A stretch of 61,793 bases of DNA, filler included. It is 6 parts of 6 records of this genome, joined end to end, with 100 filler letters (N's around TTAATTAATTAA, not from the genome) between each part and the next. Parts side by side here need not be neighbours in the genome. Positions count along the whole stretch, not along the records: positions 43,693 to 49,401 come from DRR723986_22901; positions 49,502 to 55,855 come from DRR723986_22928; positions 55,956 to 61,793 come from DRR723986_23025; 3 more parts are not named here. One strand, written 5' to 3'. This document shows positions 47,304 through 58,041 of this stretch, one piece after another. The position numbers were made by a program, and so were the translations under genes. The number at the start of each line of letters is the position of its first letter. Within the stretch, counting starts at the first letter, position 1. The notes beneath the pieces are model-generated. The model was not told where the DNA came from, ran no database searches, and saw only the letters and a list, made by a program, of their open reading frames with translations.

Positions 47304-49352
47304 ATGACCGTTCATCCGCAAAAAGTCCGCGTGTTGGAAAGCTATCTCGCTGGCAGCTGGAGGCAAGGCAAGGCCGAGGGAAAGCCGCTGCTTGACGCTG
47401 CAACCGGTGCGCCTGTCGCCGCGATTGACGCATCCGGTCTGGACCTTGGCGAGGCACTTGCCTGGGGGCGTGACACCGGTGGCAAGGCCTTGCGCAAGAT
47501 GACCTACCACGAGCGCGCCTTGATGCTGAAAACCCTGGCGCAGGCGCTGACCGAGCAAAAGGAAATCTTCTACCAGGAGAGTTTTGCCACCGGGGCAACA
47601 CGCAAGGACAGCTGGATCGATATTGAAGGCGGCATTGGCACCATGTTCGCCTATTCCTCCAAGGCGCGTCGCGAGATGCCGAACACCCGGGTGTTCGTCG
47701 AAGGTGCGGTGGAGCCGCTGTCGCGGGACAATAGTTTTTCAGGGCAGCATGTGCTGACACCACTGCGCGGTATTGCCGTTCATATCAACGCTTTCAACTT
47801 CCCCTGCTGGGGAATGCTGGAAAAGATCGCCCCCGCCCTGATCGCGGGCGTACCCTGCCTGGTCAAGCCTGCCAGCCAGACTGCTTATCTGACCGAGCTG
47901 ATGGTTCGCCACATTCTGGCGACCGGCATTCTTCCTGAAGGCTCGCTTCAGCTTCTTTGCGGGTCGGCGGGAGATCTGATCGACCATGTCACGGGACAGG
48001 ATGTTGTTACCTTCACCGGATCCGCTGCCACCGGGCAATTGCTGCGTCGGAACCCGGCAATCGTGCAGAATTCCGTTCGCTTCTCCATGGAGGCCGACAG
48101 CCTCAATGCTGCGGTTCTGGGGCCGGATGTCAGCCCGGAAGATCCCGAATTTGACCTCTTCATCAAGGAAGTTGCCCGGGAAATGACCGTGAAGGCAGGG
48201 CAGAAGTGCACTGCGATCCGCCGGGTCATCGTGCCGCGTAAATTGTCCGATGCGGTTGCTGATGCGCTCGGCAAGAGGCTTGGGAAGGCCGTGATCGGAG
48301 ATCCGCGAGACGAAGCGGTTTCGATGGGGCCACTCGCTTCAGCCGGTCAGCGTGAAGAAGTGCTTGCGCGCGTGAGTGATCTGAAGGTGGAAGCAGAGAT
48401 CGTTTCCGATCTTGCGGGCTCAAGCCCCGCAACCGGCGCGTTCGCAGCTCCCGTACTTTTGCATTGCGCCAACCCGATGAGCGCAGAAGCCGTTCACTCG
48501 GTTGAAGCGTTCGGACCGGTTGCGACATTGATGCCCTACGACGAGCTGGAGGAAGCGGTCGAACTCACCCACAAGGGCAAGGGCTCTCTTGTTGCCTCGC
48601 TGTTCACAAATGACCCCTTGGTTGCCGAGGAAGCCGTTCTCGGCATGGCGCCTTTCCATGGACGCGTCATGATAGGCAATCGGAAGAGTGCAAAGTCTTC
48701 AACCGGACATGGTTCTCCCTTGCCCATGCTTGTGCACGGCGGACCGGGCCGGGCAGGTGGCGGCGAAGAACTTGGCGGCCTGCGCTCGGTCAAACATTAC
48801 ATGCAACGGACGGCGGTCCAGGGAACGCCCGCCTTGCTGGGCGCAGTGACCGGCCGCTGGATTTCCGGTGCACCAGGTCAGGAAGACAGCCGGCACCCGT
48901 TCCGCAAGTCATTGGCCGACCTCAAGATCGGCGATCAGCTGAACACCGGGGCACGGGAAGTTTCCCTGGAAGATATCGAACATTTTGCCAAGTTCACCGG
49001 CGACACCTTCTATGCGCATATGGATGAAGCCGCCGCGAAACGGAACCCGTTCTTCGAAGGCCGCGTGGCACATGGCTATCTGATTGTTTCCTTCGCCGCC
49101 GGTCTGTTCGTCGATCCTGATGAAGGTCCGGTACTGGCGAACTACGGCGTTGATAATCTGCGTTTCATGACGCCGGTGAACGCAGGTGATGCACTCAAGG
49201 TTCAGTTGACCGCCAAGGAGATTTCACCGCGTATTTCAGCAGACTATGGCGAAGTGCGGTGGGACTGTCTTGTGACCAACCAGAATGATGAAGCTGTTGC
49301 CCAGTACGACGTTCTGACATTGGTCGCCAAGGAATGGCCGATGTCTGCGTAA
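47304..49352 (+). CDS. paaZ: Bifunctional oxepin-CoA hydrolase/aldehyde dehydrogenase
   Basis: NAFNFPCW, EADSLN, GQKCTAIRR, C-terminal MaoC domain (GDTFYAHMD, AHGY). Confidence 0.97.
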   Translation: MTVHPQKVRVLESYLAGSWRQGKAEGKPLLDAATGAPVAAIDASGLDLGEALAWGRDTGGKALRKMTYHERALMLKTLAQALTEQKEIFYQESFATGATRKDSWIDIEGGIGTMFAYSSKARREMPNTRVFVEGAVEPLSRDNSFSGQHVLTPLRGIAVHINAFNFPCWGMLEKIAPALIAGVPCLVKPASQTAYLTELMVRHILATGILPEGSLQLLCGSAGDLIDHVTGQDVVTFTGSAATGQLLRRNPAIVQNSVRFSMEADSLNAAVLGPDVSPEDPEFDLFIKEVAREMTVKAGQKCTAIRRVIVPRKLSDAVADALGKRLGKAVIGDPRDEAVSMGPLASAGQREEVLARVSDLKVEAEIVSDLAGSSPATGAFAAPVLLHCANPMSAEAVHSVEAFGPVATLMPYDELEEAVELTHKGKGSLVASLFTNDPLVAEEAVLGMAPFHGRVMIGNRKSAKSSTGHGSPLPMLVHGGPGRAGGGEELGGLRSVKHYMQRTAVQGTPALLGAVTGRWISGAPGQEDSRHPFRKSLADLKIGDQLNTGAREVSLEDIEHFAKFTGDTFYAHMDEAAAKRNPFFEGRVAHGYLIVSFAAGLFVDPDEGPVLANYGVDNLRFMTPVNAGDALKVQLTAKEISPRISADYGEVRWDCLVTNQNDEAVAQYDVLTLVAKEWPMSA

Positions 49353-49372
49353 GACAACCACATATCCAAATG

Positions 49373-49401
49373 AAAAAGGCCACCTGATCAGGTGGCCTTT
49401 T
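49373..49401 (+). terminator. Intrinsic terminator
   Basis: AAAAAGGCCACCTGATCAGGTGGCCTTTT. Confidence 0.8.
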
Positions 49402-49501
49402 NNNNNNNNNNNNNNNNNNNNNNNNNNNNNNNNNNNNNNNNNNNNTTAATTAATTAANNNNNNNNNNNNNNNNNNNNNNNNNNNNNNNNNNNNNNNNNNN
49501 N
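49402..49501. other. Artificial contig spacer
   Basis: N-run + TTAATTAATTAA + N-run. Confidence 0.99.
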
Positions 49502-50578
49502 AAAGGCAATCAGATCGCCGCGCGGCGACCACACGGGCGTGCCATAGCGGCCCTCGTTGCGGCTGATGCGACGGCCCTCACCGCCACTTGCGGGCATGAT
49601 ATAGAGCTGCTGCGTGCCGGACCGGTCGCTTTCAAAAACGATCTGGCTGCCATCGGGCGAAAAGCTGGGGGCGGTTTCGATCGACGGCGCATCAGTCAGA
49701 CGGCGGCGATCCCCGGTTTGCAGGTTCAGCAGGTAGATATCCGTATTGCCACCACGTTCCGCCGAAAACACCACGCTGTTGCCATCGGGCGAAAAGCGGG
49801 GGGAGAAGGTCATGGTCGCGGCGTCGTCCTCCAGCGGCCGGGCGCGAACACTGGCAAGGTCCATGATATAGACCCGCGGAATGCCGGATTCGTAGCTGGT
49901 ATAGAGAATTCGGTCGCCTGTGGGCGAAAAGCGGGGCGCAAGGACAAGGGACCGACTGTCGGTCAGGAATTGCACATTCGCGCCATCGTAATCCATGATC
50001 GCGATCCGCTTGAGCCGCGCGTTCTTGGGGCCTTCCTGCGCGATGAACACCACACGGCTGTCGAAATAGCCGCTTTCGCCGGTGATCCGTTCGTAGACAT
50101 GATCGGCCACCGTATGCGCCATGCGCCGCCAGCTATCGGGGCTGCCCACGAACTGCAGGCCAGAGCCAAGCGGTTGTTGCGAGAACACGTCGAACAGGCG
50201 GAAGCGCACCACCAGTTGACCGCCCTCCATCGTGACCGACCCGGTGATCAGCGCCTGTGCGTTGATCGCTTGCCAGTCACTCCATTGAACCGGGCTGTCA
50301 AAGCTGGTGACGGAGGAGATGTGGGCGCTGCGCGGCACCTCGCGGAAGAGCCCCGTGCCCGCCAGATCGGCGGCAATCACGCGGGTTATATCGCTGGCCG
50401 CGTCGGTCGCTGCACTGTTGCCCGCGATGAATTCCGGAAGGGCAAAGGGCAGAGGCTCGATCACGCCTTCGGTAATCTCGATCCGCAGCGGGCCGGGGCT
50501 TTGCGCGGTGGCAGGCAGCGTGGTCAGCGCGGCCAGGGCCAGCAGCGACGCCAGCAGGGCATGGATAATACGAGTCAT
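49502..50578 (-). CDS. tolB: Tol-Pal beta-propeller protein, 3'-truncated
   Basis: Signal peptide, [20 protein letters not shown]40 repeats PRFSPDG. Confidence 0.96.
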
Positions 50579-50714
50579 TTCTGGCTCAACTCCTCGGGGC
50601 GGAAGGTCATCAACGAAATATCGCACAGAGTATACCGATCACATAGAAGATCGGAACCCGCGCTGTGTGGGCAGATTCTTGCGCCTCGGGCGCGTCGGGG
50701 GCGGGCCTGACAGA

Positions 50715-51827
50715 TCATCTCAGCCGCATCTCCTCGGGGTTGAAGGTGATTTCCAGCACCCGCCAGTGATCATAGCTTTCCTCTGGCAGGTCATAACCGC
50801 TCGCGCCACAGCGGATTACCGCACGGCGCGCGGCCTCAAATGCCTGACGCGCAGCCGCGTCGGACCCGCCACGCGACTCGATCATGCGGATGGACCCGGT
50901 CTCTGGCCTGCCGTCACGCGCCATCTGGACAGAGATCGTGACAACGGTCTGTAGGGCCTCGGATGACAGGCTGCCGACGTTCCAGCATTGCTGAACCGCC
51001 AACCGCAACCCGTCGCGCTGCCCTGCGGACAGCGGCGGGCCAGCAGGCGTCGCGGGGGCCGGCGGCGCCTCGGTGGTTGCCTCAGCGACGGCGGCGGCGA
51101 TGGCATCGGCCAGCGGGTCGCGGTCTTCGACTTCGGGCGGGCTGTCGGGCGTCGGGGCCTCTGCCACCGTGCGGATGGGCCGCGCGGGCGGGCGGAAGGA
51201 GGACACAGGGGCAAGCGCCGCGGCGGGCGTTTCGGCCTCGGTCACGATCTCGGTCGTGGATTCTTCGGGCGCAGTCGGGGGCGTGTCGGGCACCGGTGAT
51301 GGTGTCTCTGACGGCTCTGGCCGGGTCACGATCTCGGGTGCGATTTCAGCCTCTGGCGGTGGCGCGGGCGCGGGCAAGGGCGCGACACGGGGTGCCTCGT
51401 TCGGAGCGGGCGTGTCAGAGGGCGGCGCAGCAACATCCTGCGCGGGCGGACTTGGCAATGCCGCCACCTCTGCCTGCACCTCGGTGTCGGGCAAGGGGGC
51501 AAGCGCCGACATATCGGGCTGGGTTTCCGTGGGCGGCTCCGGTACGGCCTCCGGCTGTGAAATCGCCGGTGCTGCGTCCTCTGGCGCGGGGGGCGTCGGG
51601 TCGGGTTGTGTTGGGGCGGGTGGCACTGGCATTGCGGGCTGTTCCGCAATCGCCGGCACCGGCACGACCGTTTCGAACATCGCGTCGAATTCCTGTGCCG
51701 AGATCAGCGTCACGCCCGTTAGCTCAAACGGCTCTTCCTCCGTATCGTTGAACAGATTTCCCCCGATCAGCGCCCAGATGAGCACTGCGAAGTGAAGTCC
51801 GCTGGAGGCATAGAGCGCACGCCGCAT
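50715..51827 (-). CDS. tolA: TolA-like energy transducer
   Basis: TM with SxxLH, Pro-rich linker, CWN..ARRAVIRC C-terminal domain; lies between tolR and tolB. Confidence 0.9.
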   Translation of the reverse strand: MRRALYASSGLHFAVLIWALIGGNLFNDTEEEPFELTGVTLISAQEFDAMFETVVPVPAIAEQPAMPVPPAPTQPDPTPPAPEDAAPAISQPEAVPEPPTETQPDMSALAPLPDTEVQAEVAALPSPPAQDVAAPPSDTPAPNEAPRVAPLPAPAPPPEAEIAPEIVTRPEPSETPSPVPDTPPTAPEESTTEIVTEAETPAAALAPVSSFRPPARPIRTVAEAPTPDSPPEVEDRDPLADAIAAAVAEATTEAPPAPATPAGPPLSAGQRDGLRLAVQQCWNVGSLSSEALQTVVTISVQMARDGRPETGSIRMIESRGGSDAAARQAFEAARRAVIRCGASGYDLPEESYDHWRVLEITFNPEEMRLR

Positions 51828-51833
51828 GGCAGG

Positions 51834-52316
51834 CTACTCCCCATCCTGTGCATCAAGACGCGGGCCACCCGCGTCGGTCACCAAACCGATTTCCCGGAAA
51901 CCACCGGCATTCAGCGCCCCCATGACCTGCATGACGTCGGCATAGGGAATGCCCCCATCCGCACGCAGGAAAATCTGGTTGCTGTCGCGTTCGGCGGCAA
52001 TGCCTTGCAGGCGCATCACCAGTTCCTCAATCGGGACCGGCGTGGTCTGGATCATCACCTGCCCGTCCGCAGTCAGCGTGACGGCAAGCGGTTCTTCTTC
52101 CTGCTCACCCGGCAAGGGTTCTGCCGCGGTTTCCGGCAGTTCAATGGGGACGCCCACGGTCATCAGCGGGGCCGAGACCATGAACACGATCAGCAACACC
52201 AGCATCACGTCCACGAAAGGCGTGACGTTGATCTCGGACATGGCGGCATGGCGGGACCGGCGGTTGCCGCGTCTGCTGCGCCCGCCCGTCTGCCCTTGTT
52301 TCACTCCGGCACCCAT
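51834..52316 (-). CDS. tolR: TolR
   Basis: SEINVTPFVDVMLVLLIVFM. Confidence 0.96.
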   Translation of the reverse strand: MGAGVKQGQTGGRSRRGNRRSRHAAMSEINVTPFVDVMLVLLIVFMVSAPLMTVGVPIELPETAAEPLPGEQEEEPLAVTLTADGQVMIQTTPVPIEELVMRLQGIAAERDSNQIFLRADGGIPYADVMQVMGALNAGGFREIGLVTDAGGPRLDAQDGE

Positions 52317-52319
52317 GGG

Positions 52320-53012
52320 TCAGTCCAGCTGCCGGGACAGAAGGGTCGAGAACTCATCGGCAAAGCCTTCATAGCCCGCGACCAGCCGGTCGGCGTCGGC
52401 AGACAGCTTGTTATAGAGGATCACCGCCGGAATAGCGGCCAGAAGGCCAAGTCCGGTGGCCATCAACGCCTCGGCGATACCGGGTGCCACAACCGCCAGC
52501 GAGGTGTTGCCCGAGGTCGCGATTTCCTGAAACGACCGCATGATCCCCCAGACCGTGCCGAAAAGCCCGATGAAGGGCGCGGTCGCACCGGTGGTGGCAA
52601 GGAAGTTGAGCCCGGATGTCAGGCGCTCTGCCTCTCTCCCGATGGCGACGTCCATCGAACGGTCCACCCGCTGCTGGACACCGGGGATCAGCGCCCCGTC
52701 ATCGCGCAGGCTGCGCTGCCATTCGGTCATGCCCGCAACGAACACCCGTTCAGACGCTGACCGGGGCCGTTCAGCCACCTTGTCAAACAACTCATCCAGC
52801 GGTTCACCCGACCAGAAGGCCGCGTCGAACTGCGCGGCCCGGCGGCGAGACAGCCGGTAGGTGGAGAATTTCTGGAAGGCAATCGCCCAGACCCAGATCG
52901 ACGCAGCAAACAGCATCACCATCACGATCTGGACGACAAAGCTTGCGCGGAAGAACAGAGCCAGCAGCGAGAAATCCATCTCCTGCGCCATGCTCAGCGT
53001 TTCGGTTTCCAT
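52320..53012 (-). CDS. tolQ: TolQ
   Basis: APFIGLFGTVWGIM, VAPGIAEAL. Confidence 0.96.
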   Translation of the reverse strand: METETLSMAQEMDFSLLALFFRASFVVQIVMVMLFAASIWVWAIAFQKFSTYRLSRRRAAQFDAAFWSGEPLDELFDKVAERPRSASERVFVAGMTEWQRSLRDDGALIPGVQQRVDRSMDVAIGREAERLTSGLNFLATTGATAPFIGLFGTVWGIMRSFQEIATSGNTSLAVVAPGIAEALMATGLGLLAAIPAVILYNKLSADADRLVAGYEGFADEFSTLLSRQLD

Positions 53013-53133
53013 GAAGTGATATTCCTATCTGCCCGGCCTCTGATCGGATGCCATCTTGTTCGCGGCATCTCATTTGGAGAGGAATCTAGCAAAGAGGAAG
53101 AGCAAACACCATTGGCTTGCATCACCGTCGGTT

Positions 53134-53535
53134 TCACTGCTGAAACGTAACCAGATTTTGGCGGATATCCGCCGGAATCCGTACGGCACGGCCGTTTTCG
53201 GCAAGGCAGACCACCTGAACAGTCGCCGCATAGAGCCTGTCCGCGTCCCGAAACACCACCTGTTCCAGATCGAAACTGGCCCCTTTGATACCGGTCAGCC
53301 GGGTTTCGACCCTGAGATCATCCTCGAATCGGGCGGGTGCGATGAAATCCATCTCCATCCGCCGCACAGCAAAGACGATGCCCCGATCGGCCTTCAGCGC
53401 AGTTTGCGAAATCCCCGCCTCGCGTACCATCTCGGATCGAGCCCGTTCGATGAACTTGAGGTAATTGGCGTGATAGACGATCCCCGCCAGGTCGGTGTCT
53501 TCATAATAGACGCGGGTGTGGAAAAGGTGGGTCAC
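53134..53535 (-). CDS. ybgC: Tol-pal-associated acyl-CoA thioesterase
   Basis: RVYYEDTDLAGIVYHANYLKFIERAR. Confidence 0.95.
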   Translation of the reverse strand: MTHLFHTRVYYEDTDLAGIVYHANYLKFIERARSEMVREAGISQTALKADRGIVFAVRRMEMDFIAPARFEDDLRVETRLTGIKGASFDLEQVVFRDADRLYAATVQVVCLAENGRAVRIPADIRQNLVTFQQ

Positions 53536-54158
53536 TTAAATGACCCCACCCGTGCGGCCAACCTCAACCCATGGCTGGTGTCATTGGCGCAAACGGGCAT
53601 CACCGGGTCGTAGCTTGCGCGGATCACATTGGCGATTTCGGGTTTCAGGACGGCGGGTTGCCCCGGCGCGGCGGCGAGGGGAGAGCTGTTGGAAAATGCC
53701 CTGTCGGACCACAGAAGGATCACCTGCACGACCTGCGACAGTGCTATGGTCTCGGCCGGAATCTTGGACATCTCCTCATCCATGCGGATGAAGACAAACG
53801 CCGCCTGAATGGCCCCTGTGTCGTCAAACCGGAAGCTGCGGTACTGGTTTGCGTCAACGGCTTTCAGCCGCGTCACGGTGTCGGGCAGATCGGGGATCAG
53901 CCGGTCGAGATTGGGTGTGTCCGTCAGTTCCTCCCACTCGCGGAAGAAAAACACCATCAGGTTCGCACCCAGTTCCGGGTCGGTTTCGGCCATCTTGTGA
54001 CCGGCAAGTGCCACCACAGCCTCAATCGCGCCCTTCAGGATGCTGACGGTCGCCTCTTCCACCCCGAAGACCACTGGCACGATGGGGCGTCCCCATCTGG
54101 CAAAGAGGTAGCTTCCGTCAGACCGGGTAAAAAACTTTGTGACTGCTTCTGGTTCCAT
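53532..54158 (-). CDS. Conserved hypothetical protein
   Basis: Co-oriented and overlapping the ybgC start; normal protein composition. Confidence 0.75.
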   Translation of the reverse strand: MEPEAVTKFFTRSDGSYLFARWGRPIVPVVFGVEEATVSILKGAIEAVVALAGHKMAETDPELGANLMVFFFREWEELTDTPNLDRLIPDLPDTVTRLKAVDANQYRSFRFDDTGAIQAAFVFIRMDEEMSKIPAETIALSQVVQVILLWSDRAFSNSSPLAAAPGQPAVLKPEIANVIRASYDPVMPVCANDTSHGLRLAARVGSFK

Positions 54159-54173
54159 GCAGACGGTCTTTCT

Positions 54174-55007
54174 TCAAAGATGGTGCTCGTCAACCCAATC
54201 GCGGAATTCCTGATCATTGGCAGCGGCACCATAAACTGCGGGTACATCCCAGGGGGCCAGCGTCGCCGCAGCGGGGGCTCCGTCCGAGATGCGTATCCCC
54301 CACACCCCAACCGCCTGATTGCACGCATGCGCCATACAGCCCGCGCCAAGAACCCAATCGCCCCGCTGGATCACGCTGTTGGCCGGGCCAATGCGGTCGG
54401 ACAGGTCGCGGATCTGATCTTCGGTCATGATGGTCAGAAAGCGGGCGCGTTCGCCCGGGTCACGGAAGATGGCATAGGGATGTTCGCCGATCCAACGGGT
54501 CGCATCGGCGCCGGGGCCAGCGGGGGTGCCCGCGAAAGGTTGCGCGCCTTCGGCGGTTTCCATGCCGGCATCGCTGAACCGGTAAGTGGTGAACTGCTGC
54601 CGCATGCCGTCTGCGAAGATGTCGAGTTCCAGCGCATCGGGCAGGACGCGCATATCGCTGACCGCACCCTCGCAGGCCTCGGTTTCGCCCATGACCTGCA
54701 CCGTGCCCTGCGCGACACGGATCACCGTCACCCCCGGCCCGCACATATTGCCGCCATGGTGATGGGTGGCCAACAGCCAATCGTGATCTGCCCCCTCCAT
54801 CGCCCAGGCCCCGAGAATCTCCCACATATAGTCCAGTTCCACCGGCAGGGTCACGCCGGAAACGACAAGCCCCTGACTGGGGATCGCGCCCACCACCGAC
54901 GCCGCGCCAAAGCGGGTCTGGAACTGGTCATAGCTGCCGAAATCAACATCGGCGTTAGCTGCACTGGCAGACAAGGCGACAAGGACGGCACTCAGGAAAC
55001 GGATCAT
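54174..55007 (-). CDS. Secreted protein with Ivy-like C-terminal domain
   Basis: Signal peptide ..AANA; GGAG-type RBS; CMAHAC loop resembling Ivy CKPHDC. Confidence 0.65.
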   Translation of the reverse strand: MIRFLSAVLVALSASAANADVDFGSYDQFQTRFGAASVVGAIPSQGLVVSGVTLPVELDYMWEILGAWAMEGADHDWLLATHHHGGNMCGPGVTVIRVAQGTVQVMGETEACEGAVSDMRVLPDALELDIFADGMRQQFTTYRFSDAGMETAEGAQPFAGTPAGPGADATRWIGEHPYAIFRDPGERARFLTIMTEDQIRDLSDRIGPANSVIQRGDWVLGAGCMAHACNQAVGVWGIRISDGAPAAATLAPWDVPAVYGAAANDQEFRDWVDEHHL

Positions 55008-55026
55008 GGCAATTCTCCCGCAAGGG

Positions 55027-55855
55027 TCAGATCAGGCTGCCCTGCTCGGGAGGCATCGGGGCGGAAAGGCCCAGATGCGACCAGCCTTTGGATGCCAGCA
55101 TCCTTCCGCGCGGCGTGCGGGCAATCAAGCCCTGTTGCAGCAGGAAAGGTTCGATCACCTCTTCAATCGCGTCGCGGCTTTCGGAGAGGGCTGCGGCCAT
55201 CGTTTCCACCCCCACGGGGCCACCGCCGTAGTTTTCAGCCATCAGCATCATGTAACGCCGGTCCGCCCCGTCGAGGCCGAGGTGATCGACGCCAAGCCGG
55301 GTCAGGGCGCTGTCTGCAATCTCTCTCGTCAACCGTCCGTCGCCCTCGACAAGCGCGAAATCCACCACCCGGCGCAGCAATCGGCCCGCGATGCGCGGGG
55401 TGCCACGGGCGCGACGAGCGATCTCCAGTGCGCCTTCGGGGTCGGAGGGGATGCCCAACATCCGCGAACCGCGCGTCACGATCTCGTGCAGTTCCGGCAC
55501 CGTATAGAATTGCAGCCGCGTGGGAATACCGAAGCGGTCGCGCAAGGGCGTGGTCAACAGGCCAAGCCGGGTTGTCGCGCCAACCAGCGTGAAGGGCTGC
55601 AACTCGATCCGCACCGTCCGCGCGGCAGGGCCTTCGCCGATCACCAGATCAAGCTCGAAATCCTCCAATGCCGGATAAAGCACCTCCTCCACCGCCGGGT
55701 TCAGCCGGTGGATCTCGTCGATGAACAGGACATCGCGCGCTTCAAGATTGGTCAGGATCGCCGCCAGGTCGCCCGCCTTGGCCAACACGGGACCAGAGGT
55801 CATGCGAAAGTTCACCCCCAATTCCCGCGCCATGATCTGCGCCAGCGTCGTCTTG
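55027..55855 (-). CDS. ruvB: Holliday junction helicase RuvB, 5'-truncated
   Basis: [43 protein letters not shown]. Confidence 0.97.
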
Positions 55856-55955
55856 NNNNNNNNNNNNNNNNNNNNNNNNNNNNNNNNNNNNNNNNNNNNT
55901 TAATTAATTAANNNNNNNNNNNNNNNNNNNNNNNNNNNNNNNNNNNNNNNNNNNN
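55856..55955. other. Artificial contig spacer
   Basis: N-run + TTAATTAATTAA + N-run. Confidence 0.99.
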
Positions 55956-57743
55956 CTTGGAGGTCTGGGTGGCCAGCTCCTTCACTTCGGCAGCAACCAC
56001 TGCAAAGCCCTTGCCGGCTTCACCGGCCCGAGCCGCTTCGATCGTTGCATTGAGCGCCAGAAGGTTGGTCTGCTCAGCGATTGCCTGGATAAGGCCGATC
56101 ACTTCGCCGATCCTGGCAGAACCCGACGACAGCATTTCCATTTTCTGGGTGCTTGCCTGGGTCTGGCTGGTCGCATCGGCAATCACCCGCGTGGTTTCCT
56201 CCACACGTTGACCGATTTCCGAGATCGACGACGACAGCTCCTCAGTGGCGGCCGCAACAAGCTGCACGTTGCCCGATGCCTGGGTTGTTGCCGCAGCAGC
56301 GCTGCTCACCTCTTCAGAAGCCCCTGAGGCCGTTTCCATCATGGAACTTGCATTGGCTTGCATTTCAGACATGGCAGCATCGACGGAACCGAGCATTTCG
56401 GACGACTGCGTGCGGAAGCCCTCGATCAGCGCCTCGATACGGAGCTGACGGTCCGTACGAGCCTGTTCTTCAACCTTTCGTGCTTCTTCCAGGCGCGCCT
56501 GCTCGGCGACGCCATCTCTGAAGCCTGCAATGGCGGCCGCGATTTCTCCAACCTCATCCTTTCGGTCTGCTTCCGCAAAGACGACGGATACATCACCACC
56601 GGCGAGGCGAGCCGCATTGGCGACAAGGCTTTTGATCGGGGCAACGATCGAGCGTGCAGCCAGCCAGCCGATTGCCATCATGATGCCGAAGATCCCGAGG
56701 CAAATCAGTGCGATCTGATTGCGCAGCGCCCGCACCGGCGCGAGAATTTCATCGCGTGCCTCGACCGTGACAACCGCGAGATTGGCTCCAAAAAACGTCA
56801 GAGGCACTGCAGCGGCCAGATAGTCCGTGTCGCGGAACCCTTCCAGGTTTCCGGAAGCCGGCTTGCCGCCAAGGGCTTGATCCACCAGAGACGAATCGAG
56901 GCTTGCGGTCAGGATATCGTTCTGTCCGGGTGTCTTGGACGAATCGTTCCGGAACAGCTTGTCTGCGCCGACAAGAATGGCCTCCCCTGTTTCTCCGAGA
57001 CCCGCCGCGCTGCTCATCACGCTGTTGATGTTGTCGATGGGCATCTGGAAGGCCAGCACGCCAACACGCTTGCCGCCTTCAAAAACCGGTGTCGCAATGA
57101 AGCTTGCCGGTGCATCCGCGCTCGGAGCATAGGGTTTGAAATCGAAGAAGCGAACTTCGTCCTGCCCACCGTTCAACGCCGCCCGGAAGGCATTGCCCAG
57201 ATCCGTATCCTTGTATTTGCCGGTGGCCAGGTTGGTTGCATAGTCGAGTTCCTTGAACACCGTGTAGACAAGCGAGCCGTCCTCCGCGAACAGGAAGATG
57301 TCGTAGTAGCCGCGGGTCTTCAGCATCTTGCTGAACCACGGATGATACCGTTCATGCGCCTCGTCGTAGGCGGTGTCGCCAGCGCGCATCAGCGCGTCTT
57401 TCTGGCCCGTCGGATGCGGATTGTCGTGAATGTAGGCCTTTTGCAGGCTCGCTGTGGCATCGCCCTCCTGGCTTGCCCACCCTTCCTTGAAATCCGCCAG
57501 TGCGGATTTCACGAACGGACTTGCGGCGGTGACCTGCAGATCCTGCACGATGGAGTCCAGATAGTGCGAAAGATCTCCGGCGCGCGCACTTGCAAGAGCC
57601 GAAAGCCGCTCTTCCGCCTGCTCTTCCAGATCCGTTGAACTGACCCAATAGGCAAGGGCGCCGACAAACAGCGCGGCCACAACCGAACAACCGGAGATGA
57701 TGGCCGGCAGACGAAAACTGAGTTTTGAGATTCGGGTTCCCAA
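55956..57743 (-). CDS. Methyl-accepting chemotaxis protein (dCache-HAMP-MCP), 3'-truncated
   Basis: Two TMs, YYDIFL sensor, [42 protein letters not shown] start after GGGAGG. Confidence 0.95.
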
Positions 57744-57996
57744 GGCACCCTCCCGAAGTAGATTTATTACGAGAAGGCTAGATATCAGCAATTTAATGTT
57801 GGTTAATTTCTCTACAATTAGAGAAAATTGAAAAGTTGAAAGAAAACACAACATAACTATCGGTAGAAAAGATAATTACTTTCTACAACAATTCTTATAC
57901 CTAAGGATTCATCTTCAAATAACACCACCATAGATAGACCGCACATTTGCCCCTAGTTCGGGGCTTGGCGCCTTCGGCAAAGGCTACGCCCTCATG

Positions 57997-58024
57997 AAAA
58001 AGGCCGCCCGGAGGCGGCCTTTTT
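57997..58024 (-). terminator. Intrinsic terminator after iorB-like gene
   Basis: AAAAAGGCCGCC-CGGA-GGCGGCCTTTTT. Confidence 0.85.
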
Positions 58025-58041
58025 GTATTCTTCGGCGAGGC

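Noticed and set aside
50715-51827. Pro/Ala-rich low-complexity region and long antisense ORFs
   Set aside because: Normal TolA linker; the antisense ORFs arise from high GC content
53571-55592. 673-aa plus-strand ORF (also 49718-50710, 51792-52760, 56358-57638, 58183-59343, 60755-61681)
   Set aside because: Antisense shadows of well-supported genes in GC-rich DNA, with no motifs of their own
9993-55955. Repeated TTAATTAATTAA palindromes, and gene associations across the N gaps
   Set aside because: These are artificial linkers, so genes on different contigs are not neighbours
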